This document shows, one piece after another, positions 9,836 to 18,894 of a DNA stretch of 64,000 nt. The translations under genes and the position numbers were made by a program. Source of the stretch: an uncultured Methanosarcinales archaeon (GTDB lineage: Archaea; Nanobdellota; Nanobdellia; Woesearchaeales; JAGWAF01); NCBI GenBank assembly GCA_964597775.1, contig CAZQZJ010000002.1, forward strand, positions 357 to 64,356, given 5' to 3'. Numbering within the stretch: the first letter of the stretch is position 1; the number at the start of each line of letters is the position of its first letter. The notes under the pieces are model-generated. The model was not told the origin of the DNA. It was given only the letters and a program-made list of their open reading frames with translations, and made no database searches.

Positions 9836-10512
9836 GGTAGTGTAATGCTTGCAGGTTTTCCTAGTGCAAGTGCATAGGTTCGTGATGTTGTAGTAATTTT
9901 GCCTGTTGTAGTCTTGTAGGTGATGGTGTTGCCTTCAATATGTTCGACAAAGCCGTGATCTCCAACATGTTTGCCATCAGTAAGGTAAATACAGGTTCCT
10001 TTTTCCAGTTTGATATATGTAATCATTTTTTGTGATGGTATCTCAATAAGTATTGTGTCACCAACACAAGTCTTTTTTTCCTTGGTAAGAATGGTGCGGC
10101 CATCTGAGAGCCCAAGTTGATATATATCTGTGGCATGGGCTTTTTTGTTGATAATTTTAAGTGGTTTGGTCTTACTTTCGTCATCACTTATTTTAATTGG
10201 TGTCAGTCTTTTATTTTTATCAATAAATAATCTGTAGTTGCCAAGATCTGGTAAGCTGATTACATCAAGGATTCCGATGCTATGTTTATATGTTTTGATT
10301 CTCTTACCATCTACAATAATCTGTTTTTTTTGAAGTAGGCGTTTTACTTCAGTTGTTGTGTTAGCTACATGAAGAACGTGTTTAAGAATGCTTGAAGCTG
10401 CCATGCCATGTTCTAGAGTGTGTTTTCCTGGAAGAGGTACGGCAATAAATTTCTCTTCTTTGCGCAGTAAGTTCCACGAAGCTGGTGCTGCTAATCTTTT
10501 TATGTGGCTCAT
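9832..10512 (-). CDS. rps4e: Ribosomal protein eS4
   Basis: MSHIKRLAAPASW... S4e N-terminus and KOW-like region. Confidence 0.9.
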   Translation of the reverse strand: MSHIKRLAAPASWNLLRKEEKFIAVPLPGKHTLEHGMAASSILKHVLHVANTTTEVKRLLQKKQIIVDGKRIKTYKHSIGILDVISLPDLGNYRLFIDKNKRLTPIKISDDESKTKPLKIINKKAHATDIYQLGLSDGRTILTKEKKTCVGDTILIEIPSQKMITYIKLEKGTCIYLTDGKHVGDHGFVEHIEGNTITYKTTTGKITTTSRTYALALGKPASITLP

Positions 10513-10886
10513 GGTATAGCCCCTATTTTTTTAAATCGTCTTTTATCTTCTGTTAATGCAGTAATAAGCACATTACTTGTAATGGTGGGAATAAATGATT
10601 TTGATCCATCTCTTTTTGTCATTTCTATGCCATTAATGTATGCAACAAATCGTTTTGTATTAACACGTTCAACAACACCGCTTTTTCCTTTGTGATTACC
10701 GCGCATAATCTTAACTGTATCTCCCTTTCTTATGGGAAGTGATCTGTGTTTGTGTAGTATACGAAGCTCTTTTGAGAGGTGTGCACTAAGGAATGTATGT
10801 TTAATATGGTGTGGTGATTGTGCTTTGTACTTTCTTTGTTTTCCAGGATCCTTGCTGCTTTTCCATGATTTACTAAATTTTTTCAT
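10509..10886 (-). CDS. rpl24: Ribosomal protein uL24
   Basis: KOW motif KGDTVKIMRGNHKGKSGVV. Confidence 0.9.
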   Translation of the reverse strand: MKKFSKSWKSSKDPGKQRKYKAQSPHHIKHTFLSAHLSKELRILHKHRSLPIRKGDTVKIMRGNHKGKSGVVERVNTKRFVAYINGIEMTKRDGSKSFIPTITSNVLITALTEDKRRFKKIGAIP

Positions 10887-11284
10887 ACAATAATCCTCCC
10901 TAATTTAATGACCATTGGCCAGCGATCTCCTATCTCTTTTGCCATTGGACCTTTGAAAAGTGTTCCTTTTGGATTTCCTTGTTCATCTTTGAGAACCACA
11001 ACTGCATTTTCTTCAAAGCTAACACGTATGCCGTCTCTTCTTCGGTAAGGGCGTTTTTGTCGTACGATAACTACAGGAACAACGGTTTTTCTCATATCAG
11101 GTTTGCCTTTAACAACGCTTGCATAGCACATATCTCCAATTCCAGCACTTGGTTTTCTTCCATGTACTCCTTTGTAATTTACCACGCTGATAAGTTTCAC
11201 GAGTTTTGCTCCTGAGTTATCAGCAGCCTCAATGCGTGCTCCTAATGGCAGTCCTCTGGTGATACGTGCTTTAATACCTTTCAT
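10883..11284 (-). CDS. rpl14: Ribosomal protein uL14
   Basis: ADNSGAK...VVIVRQKRPYRRRDG conserved L14 blocks. Confidence 0.95.
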   Translation of the reverse strand: MKGIKARITRGLPLGARIEAADNSGAKLVKLISVVNYKGVHGRKPSAGIGDMCYASVVKGKPDMRKTVVPVVIVRQKRPYRRRDGIRVSFEENAVVVLKDEQGNPKGTLFKGPMAKEIGDRWPMVIKLGRIIV

Positions 11285-11658
11285 GCTTCTTCCTCTGTGT
11301 TACGTTTTCCTTTGCCTTCATATTTTTTCGTCTTTTCTTCTTTCTCGATTGTTTCTAGTGCAATTCCTGTTTTTTTGAGAATGCAAAATGCCTTTGTTTT
11401 GGATATCTTGCGTATTTCAGCAATCTCAACCACGTCTCCTGGTTTGGCGTCAATGCATTCAGGATTATGTGCATGAACTCTGCTCCTTCTCACTTCATAT
11501 CGTTCGAATTTTGGGATATACATTCTTCGTGTCCATTCAACTGTGGCGGTTTTTTGTGATTTTGATTCAAGAACAACTCCATTAAAGAGTCTGCCTCGTA
11601 TCATGATATGGTTGTGTGTTCCACAATGTGGATCTGTGCATGGTTGTTGTGTTGTCAT
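11281..11658 (-). CDS. rps17: Ribosomal protein uS17
   Basis: OB-fold S17 motifs (GDVVEIAEIRKISKTK), operon position. Confidence 0.9.
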   Translation of the reverse strand: MTTQQPCTDPHCGTHNHIMIRGRLFNGVVLESKSQKTATVEWTRRMYIPKFERYEVRRSRVHAHNPECIDAKPGDVVEIAEIRKISKTKAFCILKKTGIALETIEKEEKTKKYEGKGKRNTEEEA

Positions 11659-11891
11659 TCTTTGTTTCCTTTTATTCGTTCATGGGGTTTGTGTGCCAAG
11701 TTTTTGCCTTGTATGGTTATGTCTCCATTAGGTGTTTTGAGATTGAATATGTGTCCTTTTTTTTGGATCAAGCGTTCACCTTGTGTTGTTTTGATTGTAA
11801 TTGTGTATTCTGTTTCGTCAATAATTGTGCCACTTATTTTGCTATGGGTAACGCTTATTGGCATGCCAATAAGTTCTCCTGTATATGTCAT
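11655..11891 (-). CDS. rnp1: RNase P protein subunit Rpp29/Pop4-like (small, 78 aa)
   Basis: Sm-like small beta protein in the L29-SUI1-Rpp29-S17 position that is conserved in archaeal ribosomal superoperons. Confidence 0.55.
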   Translation of the reverse strand: MTYTGELIGMPISVTHSKISGTIIDETEYTITIKTTQGERLIQKKGHIFNLKTPNGDITIQGKNLAHKPHERIKGNKE

Positions 11892-12196
11892 GTTACAATG
11901 ATGGTTTCTTGTAAAAACCCTAGTTTGATAAGCGTGTCGCGGACAGCTGTTTTGTGATCACCTTGTAGTTCTATCTTTCCCTCTTTTATTGTTCCTCCGC
12001 ATGCAAGTTTTGCTTTGAGGTCTCGTATAAGGTCTTTGGTGTTGATTTCTTTTTCATCAATGCCTTCAATTATTGTGTACTTTCTACCAAATTTTTTCTT
12101 TTCAATATAGACACTGATTTTTTGGCTCTCTTTTGCGATTGTTTCGCAAACACATAGTTCTTTTGGTAATCCGCAAGTGTCACAAATTTCGCTCAT
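11888..12196 (-). CDS. Translation initiation factor aSUI1/eIF1
   Basis: SUI1 fold: N-terminal CxxC..C pattern and KLACGGTIKEG motif. Confidence 0.85.
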   Translation of the reverse strand: MSEICDTCGLPKELCVCETIAKESQKISVYIEKKKFGRKYTIIEGIDEKEINTKDLIRDLKAKLACGGTIKEGKIELQGDHKTAVRDTLIKLGFLQETIIVT

Positions 12197-12387
12197 TCAG
12201 CCTCCACTAAACGTAGGATTGTTTTAATCCGCGCTAAGGTTTTTTTGGTGTTATTGATTTTGCCTGGACTTTTTGGTATTGTCCCAGTGGCAACTTGTGC
12301 ATAATCTTTGATAAGTTCGGTGCAAAGTTCTGCGTGTTTTGCCTCTAGTTCAATTTTTGCAAGTCCTTTAATTTCTTTGAATTTCAT
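12193..12387 (-). CDS. rpl29: Ribosomal protein uL29
   Basis: 64-aa helical protein in L29 position. Confidence 0.8.
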   Translation of the reverse strand: MKFKEIKGLAKIELEAKHAELCTELIKDYAQVATGTIPKSPGKINNTKKTLARIKTILRLVEAE

Positions 12388-13106
12388 GTTTCACTTTCCT
12401 TTGTTTTCTGTTTTCGTGTGCGTTTTGGTTTTTGTGTTGTACTATCTCTTCTCTTTGTTTTTTCAGGTGTTTTTTCTGGAGTAGGTGTTTGTGGTGGTGA
12501 ATTATCTTCTTCTTTCTTGAAGCGTACATCATCAGGAAGGCGAAGATCAGGTGGCATAATACGTACCTTAACTCCGATGGTTCCTGTTTTAAGTTGGGCA
12601 TAGGCATATGCAATTCTGACGCCATGCATTGCAGTGTCTCCGCATTTTTTAAGATATCCTCTGTAGAATCTCCATGATTTTGCTCGTGCGCCAGGTATCT
12701 TGCCGCTAATATTAATCTCAACTCCTCTGGCTCCAGCACTCATTACTTCTTCCATTGTTTTATGGCCAATGCCTTTAAATCGATCACTGCCAAACCTCTC
12801 TAAGGTGCTTGCTATTTTTTCTGCAATAATTTGTGGTTCTAATCCTATAATTTCTACTTCAGCAATTTCTATTTGTGGATTTTCAAGGTTAAATCTTTTT
12901 TTGAGTGTGCTTGTCAATTTTTTGATATTTTCACCTTTGCGTCCAACAATAAGGCCTGGTCTTGAAGCATAAATAACAATTTTTTCTCCAAGAGGTGTGC
13001 GTTGCATCTTGGTGTGTGAGTGTCCTACATTTTTGAGTGTACTTGAGATGTATTCTCCAATCTCAAACTCTTTGATGTTTTCTGCTATAAATTTGCGTTC
13101 AATCAT
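12384..13106 (-). CDS. rps3: Ribosomal protein uS3 with K/T/P-rich C-terminal tail
   Basis: KH domain (GRKGENIKKL) and S3 C-terminal domain. Confidence 0.95.
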   Translation of the reverse strand: MIERKFIAENIKEFEIGEYISSTLKNVGHSHTKMQRTPLGEKIVIYASRPGLIVGRKGENIKKLTSTLKKRFNLENPQIEIAEVEIIGLEPQIIAEKIASTLERFGSDRFKGIGHKTMEEVMSAGARGVEINISGKIPGARAKSWRFYRGYLKKCGDTAMHGVRIAYAYAQLKTGTIGVKVRIMPPDLRLPDDVRFKKEEDNSPPQTPTPEKTPEKTKRRDSTTQKPKRTRKQKTKESET

Positions 13107-13585
13107 TGTGTCACACTTGGTTTGGTTAGTTGTTTAATTGGTTTAATCTTTTTAGGTTCGTCTTTTCCTGCTACAAGCACAACCTCAATATGGGTTCGTT
13201 TTGCATGGTGTCCCATGCGTCGAAGCACTTTTGGTCCTTCTTGTGCAATAATGTGTTTGATAATAAGGTTGCTGCCAAGGCCGTTATGTGCAGCATTAGT
13301 TTCTGCTGATGTAAGGATGGTGCGTATTTCCTTGCATGCAAGGATTGGATAGCGTCCAGGACCAATTTTTCCTTTTCTGTGTCCAACATTGGTGTAGTGG
13401 TGTTTAAATGGAATCGCTTCTTTAAGGTTCATAGTTTTAGATAAGAGTTCTTTTGCTTTGGTTACTGGCATTCCTCGCAAAACTCTGCAAATCTCTTGTG
13501 ATTGTTTTGGTGAGATAGATAGTGATCTGCCAAGTGCCTTTGCATGTGGTTCTTGTGGTTTATAACTAAATCTGTAGTCGCTCAT
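13103..13585 (-). CDS. rpl22: Ribosomal protein uL22
   Basis: L22 fold; operon position. Confidence 0.9.
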   Translation of the reverse strand: MSDYRFSYKPQEPHAKALGRSLSISPKQSQEICRVLRGMPVTKAKELLSKTMNLKEAIPFKHHYTNVGHRKGKIGPGRYPILACKEIRTILTSAETNAAHNGLGSNLIIKHIIAQEGPKVLRRMGHHAKRTHIEVVLVAGKDEPKKIKPIKQLTKPSVTQ

Positions 13586-13586
13586 A

Positions 13587-13970
13587 TTACTTCACGCTCG
13601 CTGATGCACTTGATCTGCTTGCTCCTATTCCTGGCGAGCCATGTGAAACTCTTCGGCGTGTAAGTGCAAATTCTCCTAAATAGTGGCCAAGCATATCTTC
13701 AGTAATCTCAACTGGAACAAACTCTTTTCCTGTATGAACTTTGATAAGGTGTCCAAACATTGTAGGAAGTATAATCATGCTTCTGCAGTGTGTTTCAATA
13801 TTCTTTTTGTTTTTTTTGATATTTACAAGAATCTTTTTTTCAGCTTCAGTAAATCCACGTTTGATCTTTCGTCGAGCACGTGCACCAAGTAAAGGTGATA
13901 ATTCAGTAAGACTCATCTGCATGAGTTCAGGCGTGTTTTTTCCTCTATAACAAAATTCCTTTCGTGCCAT
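13587..13970 (-). CDS. rps19: Ribosomal protein uS19
   Basis: GHYLGEF...RRVSHGSPG conserved S19 C-terminus. Confidence 0.9.
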   Translation of the reverse strand: MARKEFCYRGKNTPELMQMSLTELSPLLGARARRKIKRGFTEAEKKILVNIKKNKKNIETHCRSMIILPTMFGHLIKVHTGKEFVPVEITEDMLGHYLGEFALTRRRVSHGSPGIGASRSSASASVK

Positions 13971-13981
13971 TTTTTTTTTAA

Positions 13982-14695
13982 TTACCTCTTATAACCAACT
14001 CTTCTTGGTCTTAGTTTACCTACATTACGTCCTGGTGGGGCATTGTGTGGTGCTTGTGTTGGTCTTCCTTTCTTTGCTGATCGTGACTTTCCAAAAGGAT
14101 GGTCTACAGCATTTTGTGATGTTCCTGATATTTTAGGGTAGAGTTTGTTCTTTGCTCTGTGTTTATGGTATGCAACACCTGCTTTAAGAATTGGTTTTTC
14201 TGTTCTACCTCCTCCTGCAATGATTCCAATGGTTGCGCGGCAAGTTGATCCAACTGCTTTCTGTTTTTTGCTTGGAAGTAGAACAAGTACTTTGTTGTCG
14301 TTGCGTGCAATAATCTTGGCAAATGTGCCTGAGGCGCGGCAAAACTTTCCTCCATCACCTGGTCTGTTTTCAATGTTAAATATAAGAGTGCCTTCAGGGA
14401 TTTGTGAGATAGGTAAGGTATTTCCTGGTTTTATTTCTGCATTTGGTCCAAACTCAACACTTTGTCCTTCTCGAATCCCTTCTGCTGCACTTGTGAGTGT
14501 ATGAATGCCATCCTGATATGCAGTATGGATAAGTGGTGCAGAGTGTCCTGGGCATTTGATGATCTCTTTAACACATCCCAAAATAGTCTGGTCTGTAAGT
14601 GGGTAAAGTTTGATTTCTCCTGCATATCTAAAGCTTGGTGAACGATATGTTGGTCCGCCCTTGCCTCGTGCTTGTTGAATAAGGTTTTTTCCCAT
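13982..14695 (-). CDS. rpl2: Ribosomal protein uL2
   Basis: [12 protein letters not shown]..., GGGRTEKP conserved L2 blocks. Confidence 0.95.
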   Translation of the reverse strand: MGKNLIQQARGKGGPTYRSPSFRYAGEIKLYPLTDQTILGCVKEIIKCPGHSAPLIHTAYQDGIHTLTSAAEGIREGQSVEFGPNAEIKPGNTLPISQIPEGTLIFNIENRPGDGGKFCRASGTFAKIIARNDNKVLVLLPSKKQKAVGSTCRATIGIIAGGGRTEKPILKAGVAYHKHRAKNKLYPKISGTSQNAVDHPFGKSRSAKKGRPTQAPHNAPPGRNVGKLRPRRVGYKR

Positions 14696-14697
14696 TG

Positions 14698-14994
14698 TTA
14701 CATCATTCCTAGATTTGTTGCAATATTAATTGCTGGTGTTTGTGTGCTAAATGTGATATATGCGCGTTTTTCTCCATATTGAATAAATGTGTTTACTTGA
14801 GTTATTTTTGCAGAATAAAGGGATTCGATGGCTGTTTTAATTTGGTGTTTTGTTGCTTTAATATGGACTACAAAGAGTAGTTTGTTTTCAGCTTCCATGA
14901 GTCTAATGCCTTTTTCAGTAGAAAGAGGATACTTGATAATCTGGTATGTATTTAGAGTTCTATTTTTTTTGGTTTCTGTGTTGTGCTGTGCCAT
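14698..14994 (-). CDS. rpl23: Ribosomal protein uL23
   Basis: KYPLSTEK...KNKLLFVV; operon position. Confidence 0.9.
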   Translation of the reverse strand: MAQHNTETKKNRTLNTYQIIKYPLSTEKGIRLMEAENKLLFVVHIKATKHQIKTAIESLYSAKITQVNTFIQYGEKRAYITFSTQTPAINIATNLGMM

Positions 14995-14996
14995 AG

Positions 14997-15800
14997 TTAG
15001 ATGAATAATCTTTCTTTATTAAGCTTGTCGATTGCTGCCTCTGTGTAGAGTGTTAGGCGTCCAGGATGTCCTCCTGGTGCAAGGATGTGTGCATTTAGTT
15101 TGTTAATGGTAATAACATTCATGCCAGGGATATTTCCTACTGCTTGTATAACAGGGCAAGGGTCGCTTACAACAAGGAGTGGTCCAACTGCTTGTTTGTA
15201 TGGTCTGCCTCGTGTTTTTCCTCTTCCTGCTCGTATTGTTCGTTTTGCTGCTCGCATAAGTTCAGCTTCAAGACCACTGAGTTTAAGAATGTCAAGAACA
15301 TCTTGGGTTTTAGTGATAGTTTGAATATCTGATGATATAAGAAAGGGGTATGTTGGTGGTATGATATGGCCTCTTGTAGTAGTAAAGATTTTGTCAAGGC
15401 TTGCTGCCATGGCAGATCGTGTTGCTTTACGATGTTCTGTTTTGTTTATTTTTTGATCCCAGATCTTCCATGATTTTGGAGGGTGAGCCTCACGTCCACC
15501 TACTGTTCCTGGAGCAACTGCTCCTACCCAGGTCATTCGTTCTCCGCGTCTATTAAGTGTTTTTCTTGGAACACGGGAGATGCCGTGGCTGTATGCTCCT
15601 TTGTATTTTCTTCTTCTGCGGCTTAATTTTCCCACGTATCGTTGTCCTGCACCGATTTTTGCGCCGTATGCTTGTCTTAAGTGTGATTGGATAGCGAGCA
15701 TTGCTCGTTTAATTAGATCTGGGCGTATTGGTTCATTAAACTGTTGAGGAAGTTTCTTTGTTCCTGTTGTTTTTCCTTGCGAAAGTATTGTTAGTTCCAT
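14997..15800 (-). CDS. rpl4: Ribosomal protein uL4
   Basis: Archaeal L4/L1e pattern, 267 aa. Confidence 0.9.
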   Translation of the reverse strand: MELTILSQGKTTGTKKLPQQFNEPIRPDLIKRAMLAIQSHLRQAYGAKIGAGQRYVGKLSRRRRKYKGAYSHGISRVPRKTLNRRGERMTWVGAVAPGTVGGREAHPPKSWKIWDQKINKTEHRKATRSAMAASLDKIFTTTRGHIIPPTYPFLISSDIQTITKTQDVLDILKLSGLEAELMRAAKRTIRAGRGKTRGRPYKQAVGPLLVVSDPCPVIQAVGNIPGMNVITINKLNAHILAPGGHPGRLTLYTEAAIDKLNKERLFI

Positions 15801-15802
15801 GA

Positions 15803-16762
15803 TTAAAGTACCAATTCATCTATTTTTGGTGCATCTTTAGGTAGAATCTTGTGAGGGCGTATGGCTGGTGTGAGTCTGATTAGTCGTTTTGTACTGCCGC
15901 CTACTGATCCTTTGACAAGCATGTACTGGTTCTTGATTATGCCATAATGTGGTATGCCGCCAGGTCGTGTTACGTCGCTGCCTTTATCACCTATTTGAAT
16001 GATAAGTGAGTTATGTTGAAATCGTTGATGATATCCATCCTGTCCTGCGTGTGAAACTGTCCAACTTCTATTTCCTGCCCATGGTCCAACATTTCCAGGT
16101 CCACGTTTTGTTTTTTCTGATTTGTGTGAGCGCAGTCCTATGCCAAAGCGTTTTACAGGTCCTTGAATTCCATGACCTCTTGTAATAGCATGGATATCAA
16201 CCTGGTTTCCTTCTGTAAATATATCACGAACACTAATCTCCTTTCCAAGAAGTTGTTGTGCTGCACTCAGTTTGTCCTGGATTGTTTTTCCTCCAATGGC
16301 AAGTTCAAAAATTTCTGGTTTTTTCTTAAGTTGTGCTAGTTTTGGTTGTGTGTGGACAAGTAGTCTTATTTCACTAATATCTGTTGGCATTGTTTTTGTT
16401 TGCGTTTTTTTTGGGAGGATAATTGTGCGTCCAAGATCCTTGTCCATTTTTTCTGCGTTGATCTGTCCTATTTTAGTAAGCCCATATGGTGTAGAATAAT
16501 ATAGGATAATGCTTGCAACGCGTAGTGGAGGGCATTCGAGAATAGTGAATGGGATAGCAATCTTTTGTTTGTTTGTTGGAGAATTAGGTCGATTGTCAGT
16601 AACCATTGCATGTCCCATACCAGCCTTGTATCCAGCAAATCCTAATGGTTTTGGGTCAGGATGTGCAAATATGTAGCTACGCACACGTGCATAGGCTCGT
16701 TTAGCTCTGGCGCGATGCCAGAATTGCATGCTTCCTTTTCTTGGGTTTCTGACGGTTGGCAT
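15803..16762 (-). CDS. rpl3: Ribosomal protein uL3 (start set to internal MPTVRNPRKGSMQFW, the canonical archaeal L3 N-terminus; longer ORF to 16921 possible)
   Basis: MPTVRNPRKGSMQFWHRARA..., FAGYKAGMGH conserved blocks. Confidence 0.9.
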   Translation of the reverse strand: MPTVRNPRKGSMQFWHRARAKRAYARVRSYIFAHPDPKPLGFAGYKAGMGHAMVTDNRPNSPTNKQKIAIPFTILECPPLRVASIILYYSTPYGLTKIGQINAEKMDKDLGRTIILPKKTQTKTMPTDISEIRLLVHTQPKLAQLKKKPEIFELAIGGKTIQDKLSAAQQLLGKEISVRDIFTEGNQVDIHAITRGHGIQGPVKRFGIGLRSHKSEKTKRGPGNVGPWAGNRSWTVSHAGQDGYHQRFQHNSLIIQIGDKGSDVTRPGGIPHYGIIKNQYMLVKGSVGGSTKRLIRLTPAIRPHKILPKDAPKIDELVL

Positions 16763-17221
16763 ATTCGGTAAAAAGGAATTGTTCCTTTTTTCGGGCACGG
16801 TTGTATTATCAGAGCCGTGTCTCCCTTTCTTGGGAATCGAGGTGAGAACAGGTTCGTTTATAAATGTATGGGTGGAATTTTGACTTGTTGTTTTATTGAT
16901 CTGTACCAACTTTTTAAACAAACCATATAAGTATCTATTGATTCAGCAATGGCTTGTCTCGATCTGTATAAAGAGGCCAACCCAAAAGGCAATCTGGTGA
17001 TCAACGTCAAGCCAGCATCATTTCCATTGTAAATCTCCAACCAGGGTTGACTAAGAAGGAGATATCTAAACAGGTTGGAATTCCTTGCAAAAAATACCTT
17101 ACAACCCTTTATCAAAGAGGAGTTTTATTTGTTGAGGGTCAAGGAATAGGGTATGATGCATTCAAATAATATATAATGCGCACTATTCCATTAGATAAAT
17201 GATATCCAATTGTTTTTGGTT

Positions 17222-18643
17222 TTAATTTGTTTCAACAAGACCAAGATTATTCTTGTTTTCCTTTTGATTCACTTCTCGCTTCATGCGAATCCGCAGATGT
17301 GCATAATTAGCAGGGTTCTTAATTCTCTTACAAAGAGAATCTGGCATGCAAATGCCTAGATCTTTGTAATATGGCTGGTTGTCACAATTTGGTGGAAGTA
17401 TAGTGCCTTGTGTTTTAAAATGGTGGTTCAGGTGTCCTTTGATAATAACTTCTCTAAGCGGATCTGGGTTTTTCTTATTCCAGTTTTCAATAAGTAGTTC
17501 TATCTGTGCCTGACTCCAACCTGTTGAGCTAAGGAAATTAGTAAGAATAAAGAGTGCTCTTTTTTTACCATCTTGCATGCCTCCTAAGATGTTCATGATG
17601 CATGGTGGAAAATGTTCAAGAGGGATTGCTTCTTGTGGTGTGTCAAAAGCTTTTTTGATTCCGTCAATTCTTTCTTTATCAGGTGGAAGTTTGTAATCAA
17701 ATGCATTGACAAGTAATCGTCTTGCTTCTCCTTGTGCTACTTTAGTACGATCAAGAAATTTTTCTTTTCCAAGATTAATTGATTCTGGTGTTGCCATTGT
17801 CTTATCAAAAGTGATGATTTGAGATGGGTTAATTGGAATTGAAACCAGTCCACTTTTTTCATTAAGCGAGTATGGCATGCGGTAGAGGTGTCTAGAGGAG
17901 ATAAGGACTGTGTCAATAATAAGGACTTTGAATGGATCAAATTCTTTATTTGTCATTAGATCTTCAGGTTTTTTGTTAAGGATTCCACAGATAGTTGATA
18001 GTTGTTGAAATTCAAGAAGTGCTTGTGCAAGTGGTTCACGAATCATTTCACTAAGATATGCAGCAATACGTCTAGGTCCTTGAGGAAACAGGTGTTGTGT
18101 TGGAATGCTATTAATTTCAGATGGAAATGCCTCAAATGGTACAGCAATGTGGAATCCGTGATTTCCTGAGAATTTGATTGTTGTAGAATTAATGCCGTGA
18201 TAAATAAGGACATTATAAAGGATTTGTGCTGCAATTTGTGAATAAGAAAGGATTGGGCAGTCAATGTCTAAGATAAGATCCCAGCCAATGCGAAGGGTGT
18301 CAAGTTCTTGGCGATGCATTTGTGTGGTGAGGTACATAGGGTTTGTCCATAGTTCTTCTGAGCAATGAAATGATGTGGCGCCTTGTTGAACAAGGGTGAT
18401 CACATCGTTTGCAAATTGTAGGGTGTCTGGTCTTTTTCCATAGTTTCCATCTTTGTATCGGATTGCGATTTCCTTTCCATAGGCAAAATCTACAATTATT
18501 TTTTGTATTTCTGGTCTTTTGTAATATTTGAGAATTGTAGAGGTGCTAAGATCCATAAGCCTAGTAGTGTAGATAATCTTCTTAATTCTTGTGATAAGCA
18601 AAGGCGAGCAGTCGGTTTCAAAAGTGGCGTTCTCCTTTGTCAT
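17222..18643 (-). CDS. Fused DNA primase: PriS catalytic domain + PriL C-terminal 4-Cys (Fe-S) domain
   Basis: PriS motifs LILDIDCPI and FSGNHGFHIAV; C-terminal region with 4 spaced Cys (PPCIMN, PNCDN, GICMP, SLCKR) resembling PriL-CTD. Confidence 0.7.
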   Translation of the reverse strand: MTKENATFETDCSPLLITRIKKIIYTTRLMDLSTSTILKYYKRPEIQKIIVDFAYGKEIAIRYKDGNYGKRPDTLQFANDVITLVQQGATSFHCSEELWTNPMYLTTQMHRQELDTLRIGWDLILDIDCPILSYSQIAAQILYNVLIYHGINSTTIKFSGNHGFHIAVPFEAFPSEINSIPTQHLFPQGPRRIAAYLSEMIREPLAQALLEFQQLSTICGILNKKPEDLMTNKEFDPFKVLIIDTVLISSRHLYRMPYSLNEKSGLVSIPINPSQIITFDKTMATPESINLGKEKFLDRTKVAQGEARRLLVNAFDYKLPPDKERIDGIKKAFDTPQEAIPLEHFPPCIMNILGGMQDGKKRALFILTNFLSSTGWSQAQIELLIENWNKKNPDPLREVIIKGHLNHHFKTQGTILPPNCDNQPYYKDLGICMPDSLCKRIKNPANYAHLRIRMKREVNQKENKNNLGLVETN

Positions 18644-18646
18644 CTC

Positions 18647-18850
18647 GTACTTGTTAAGCCAGGTGTTATACAGAGGCGCTGGCGTGGGACGTCAAGATGC
18701 GAGCACTATTATGAAGTTCTACGCAAACCCGAGGAGGTTCCAGATAGGAGGGTTTCTTTGAATAGTTCTGTGAAGTGCGAGCGACGTCCCATTTTTGCGC
18801 AAGCAAAAATAAGCCAGTGCCTCTGCAATAGGTGTGGGCTTAACAAGTAC
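18647..18850 (+). ncRNA. Structured repeat element E, copy 1: 14-bp terminal helix gtacttgttaagcc/ggcttaacaagtac plus internal helices. Candidate ncRNA or MITE-like element
   Basis: Second copy at 35380-35638 with conserved core and compensatory stem change (cagaggcgctggc pairs gccagTgcctctg here and gccagCgcctctg in copy 2). Confidence 0.45.
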
Positions 18851-18867
18851 GTCATCTCCAAACCTTT

Positions 18868-18882
18868 AAATAATATATAGCA
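18868..18882 (+). promoter_or_regulatory. BRE/TATA-like motif CCAAACCTTTAAATA upstream of the P-type ATPase gene
   Basis: Same 15-mer recurs at 50398-50412; archaeal TATA consensus TTTAAATA. Confidence 0.45.
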
Positions 18883-18894
18883 TGGTTCTCTTGT

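Noticed and set aside
11388-11957. Several 60-110-aa plus-strand ORFs within the ribosomal cluster
   Set aside because: All antisense to well-supported r-protein genes; Cys/Phe-rich junk translations.
16858-17115. 85-aa minus-strand ORF upstream of L3
   Set aside because: No motif, overlaps the 5' extension of the L3 ORF and the promoter region; likely spurious.
18647-18850. Possibility that element E is the SRP (7S) RNA
   Set aside because: No helix-8 signature (GGAAG...AGCAG / GNAR apical loop) and present in two divergent copies; SRP RNA is normally single-copy.
18503-18880. 125-aa ORF spanning element E copy 1 (and its counterpart 35378-35833 over copy 2)
   Set aside because: The two ORFs are similar only where the nucleotide repeat is similar; differences are mostly non-synonymous; region shows RNA-like compensatory pairing; the ORFs overlap the primase start and RNase J end respectively.
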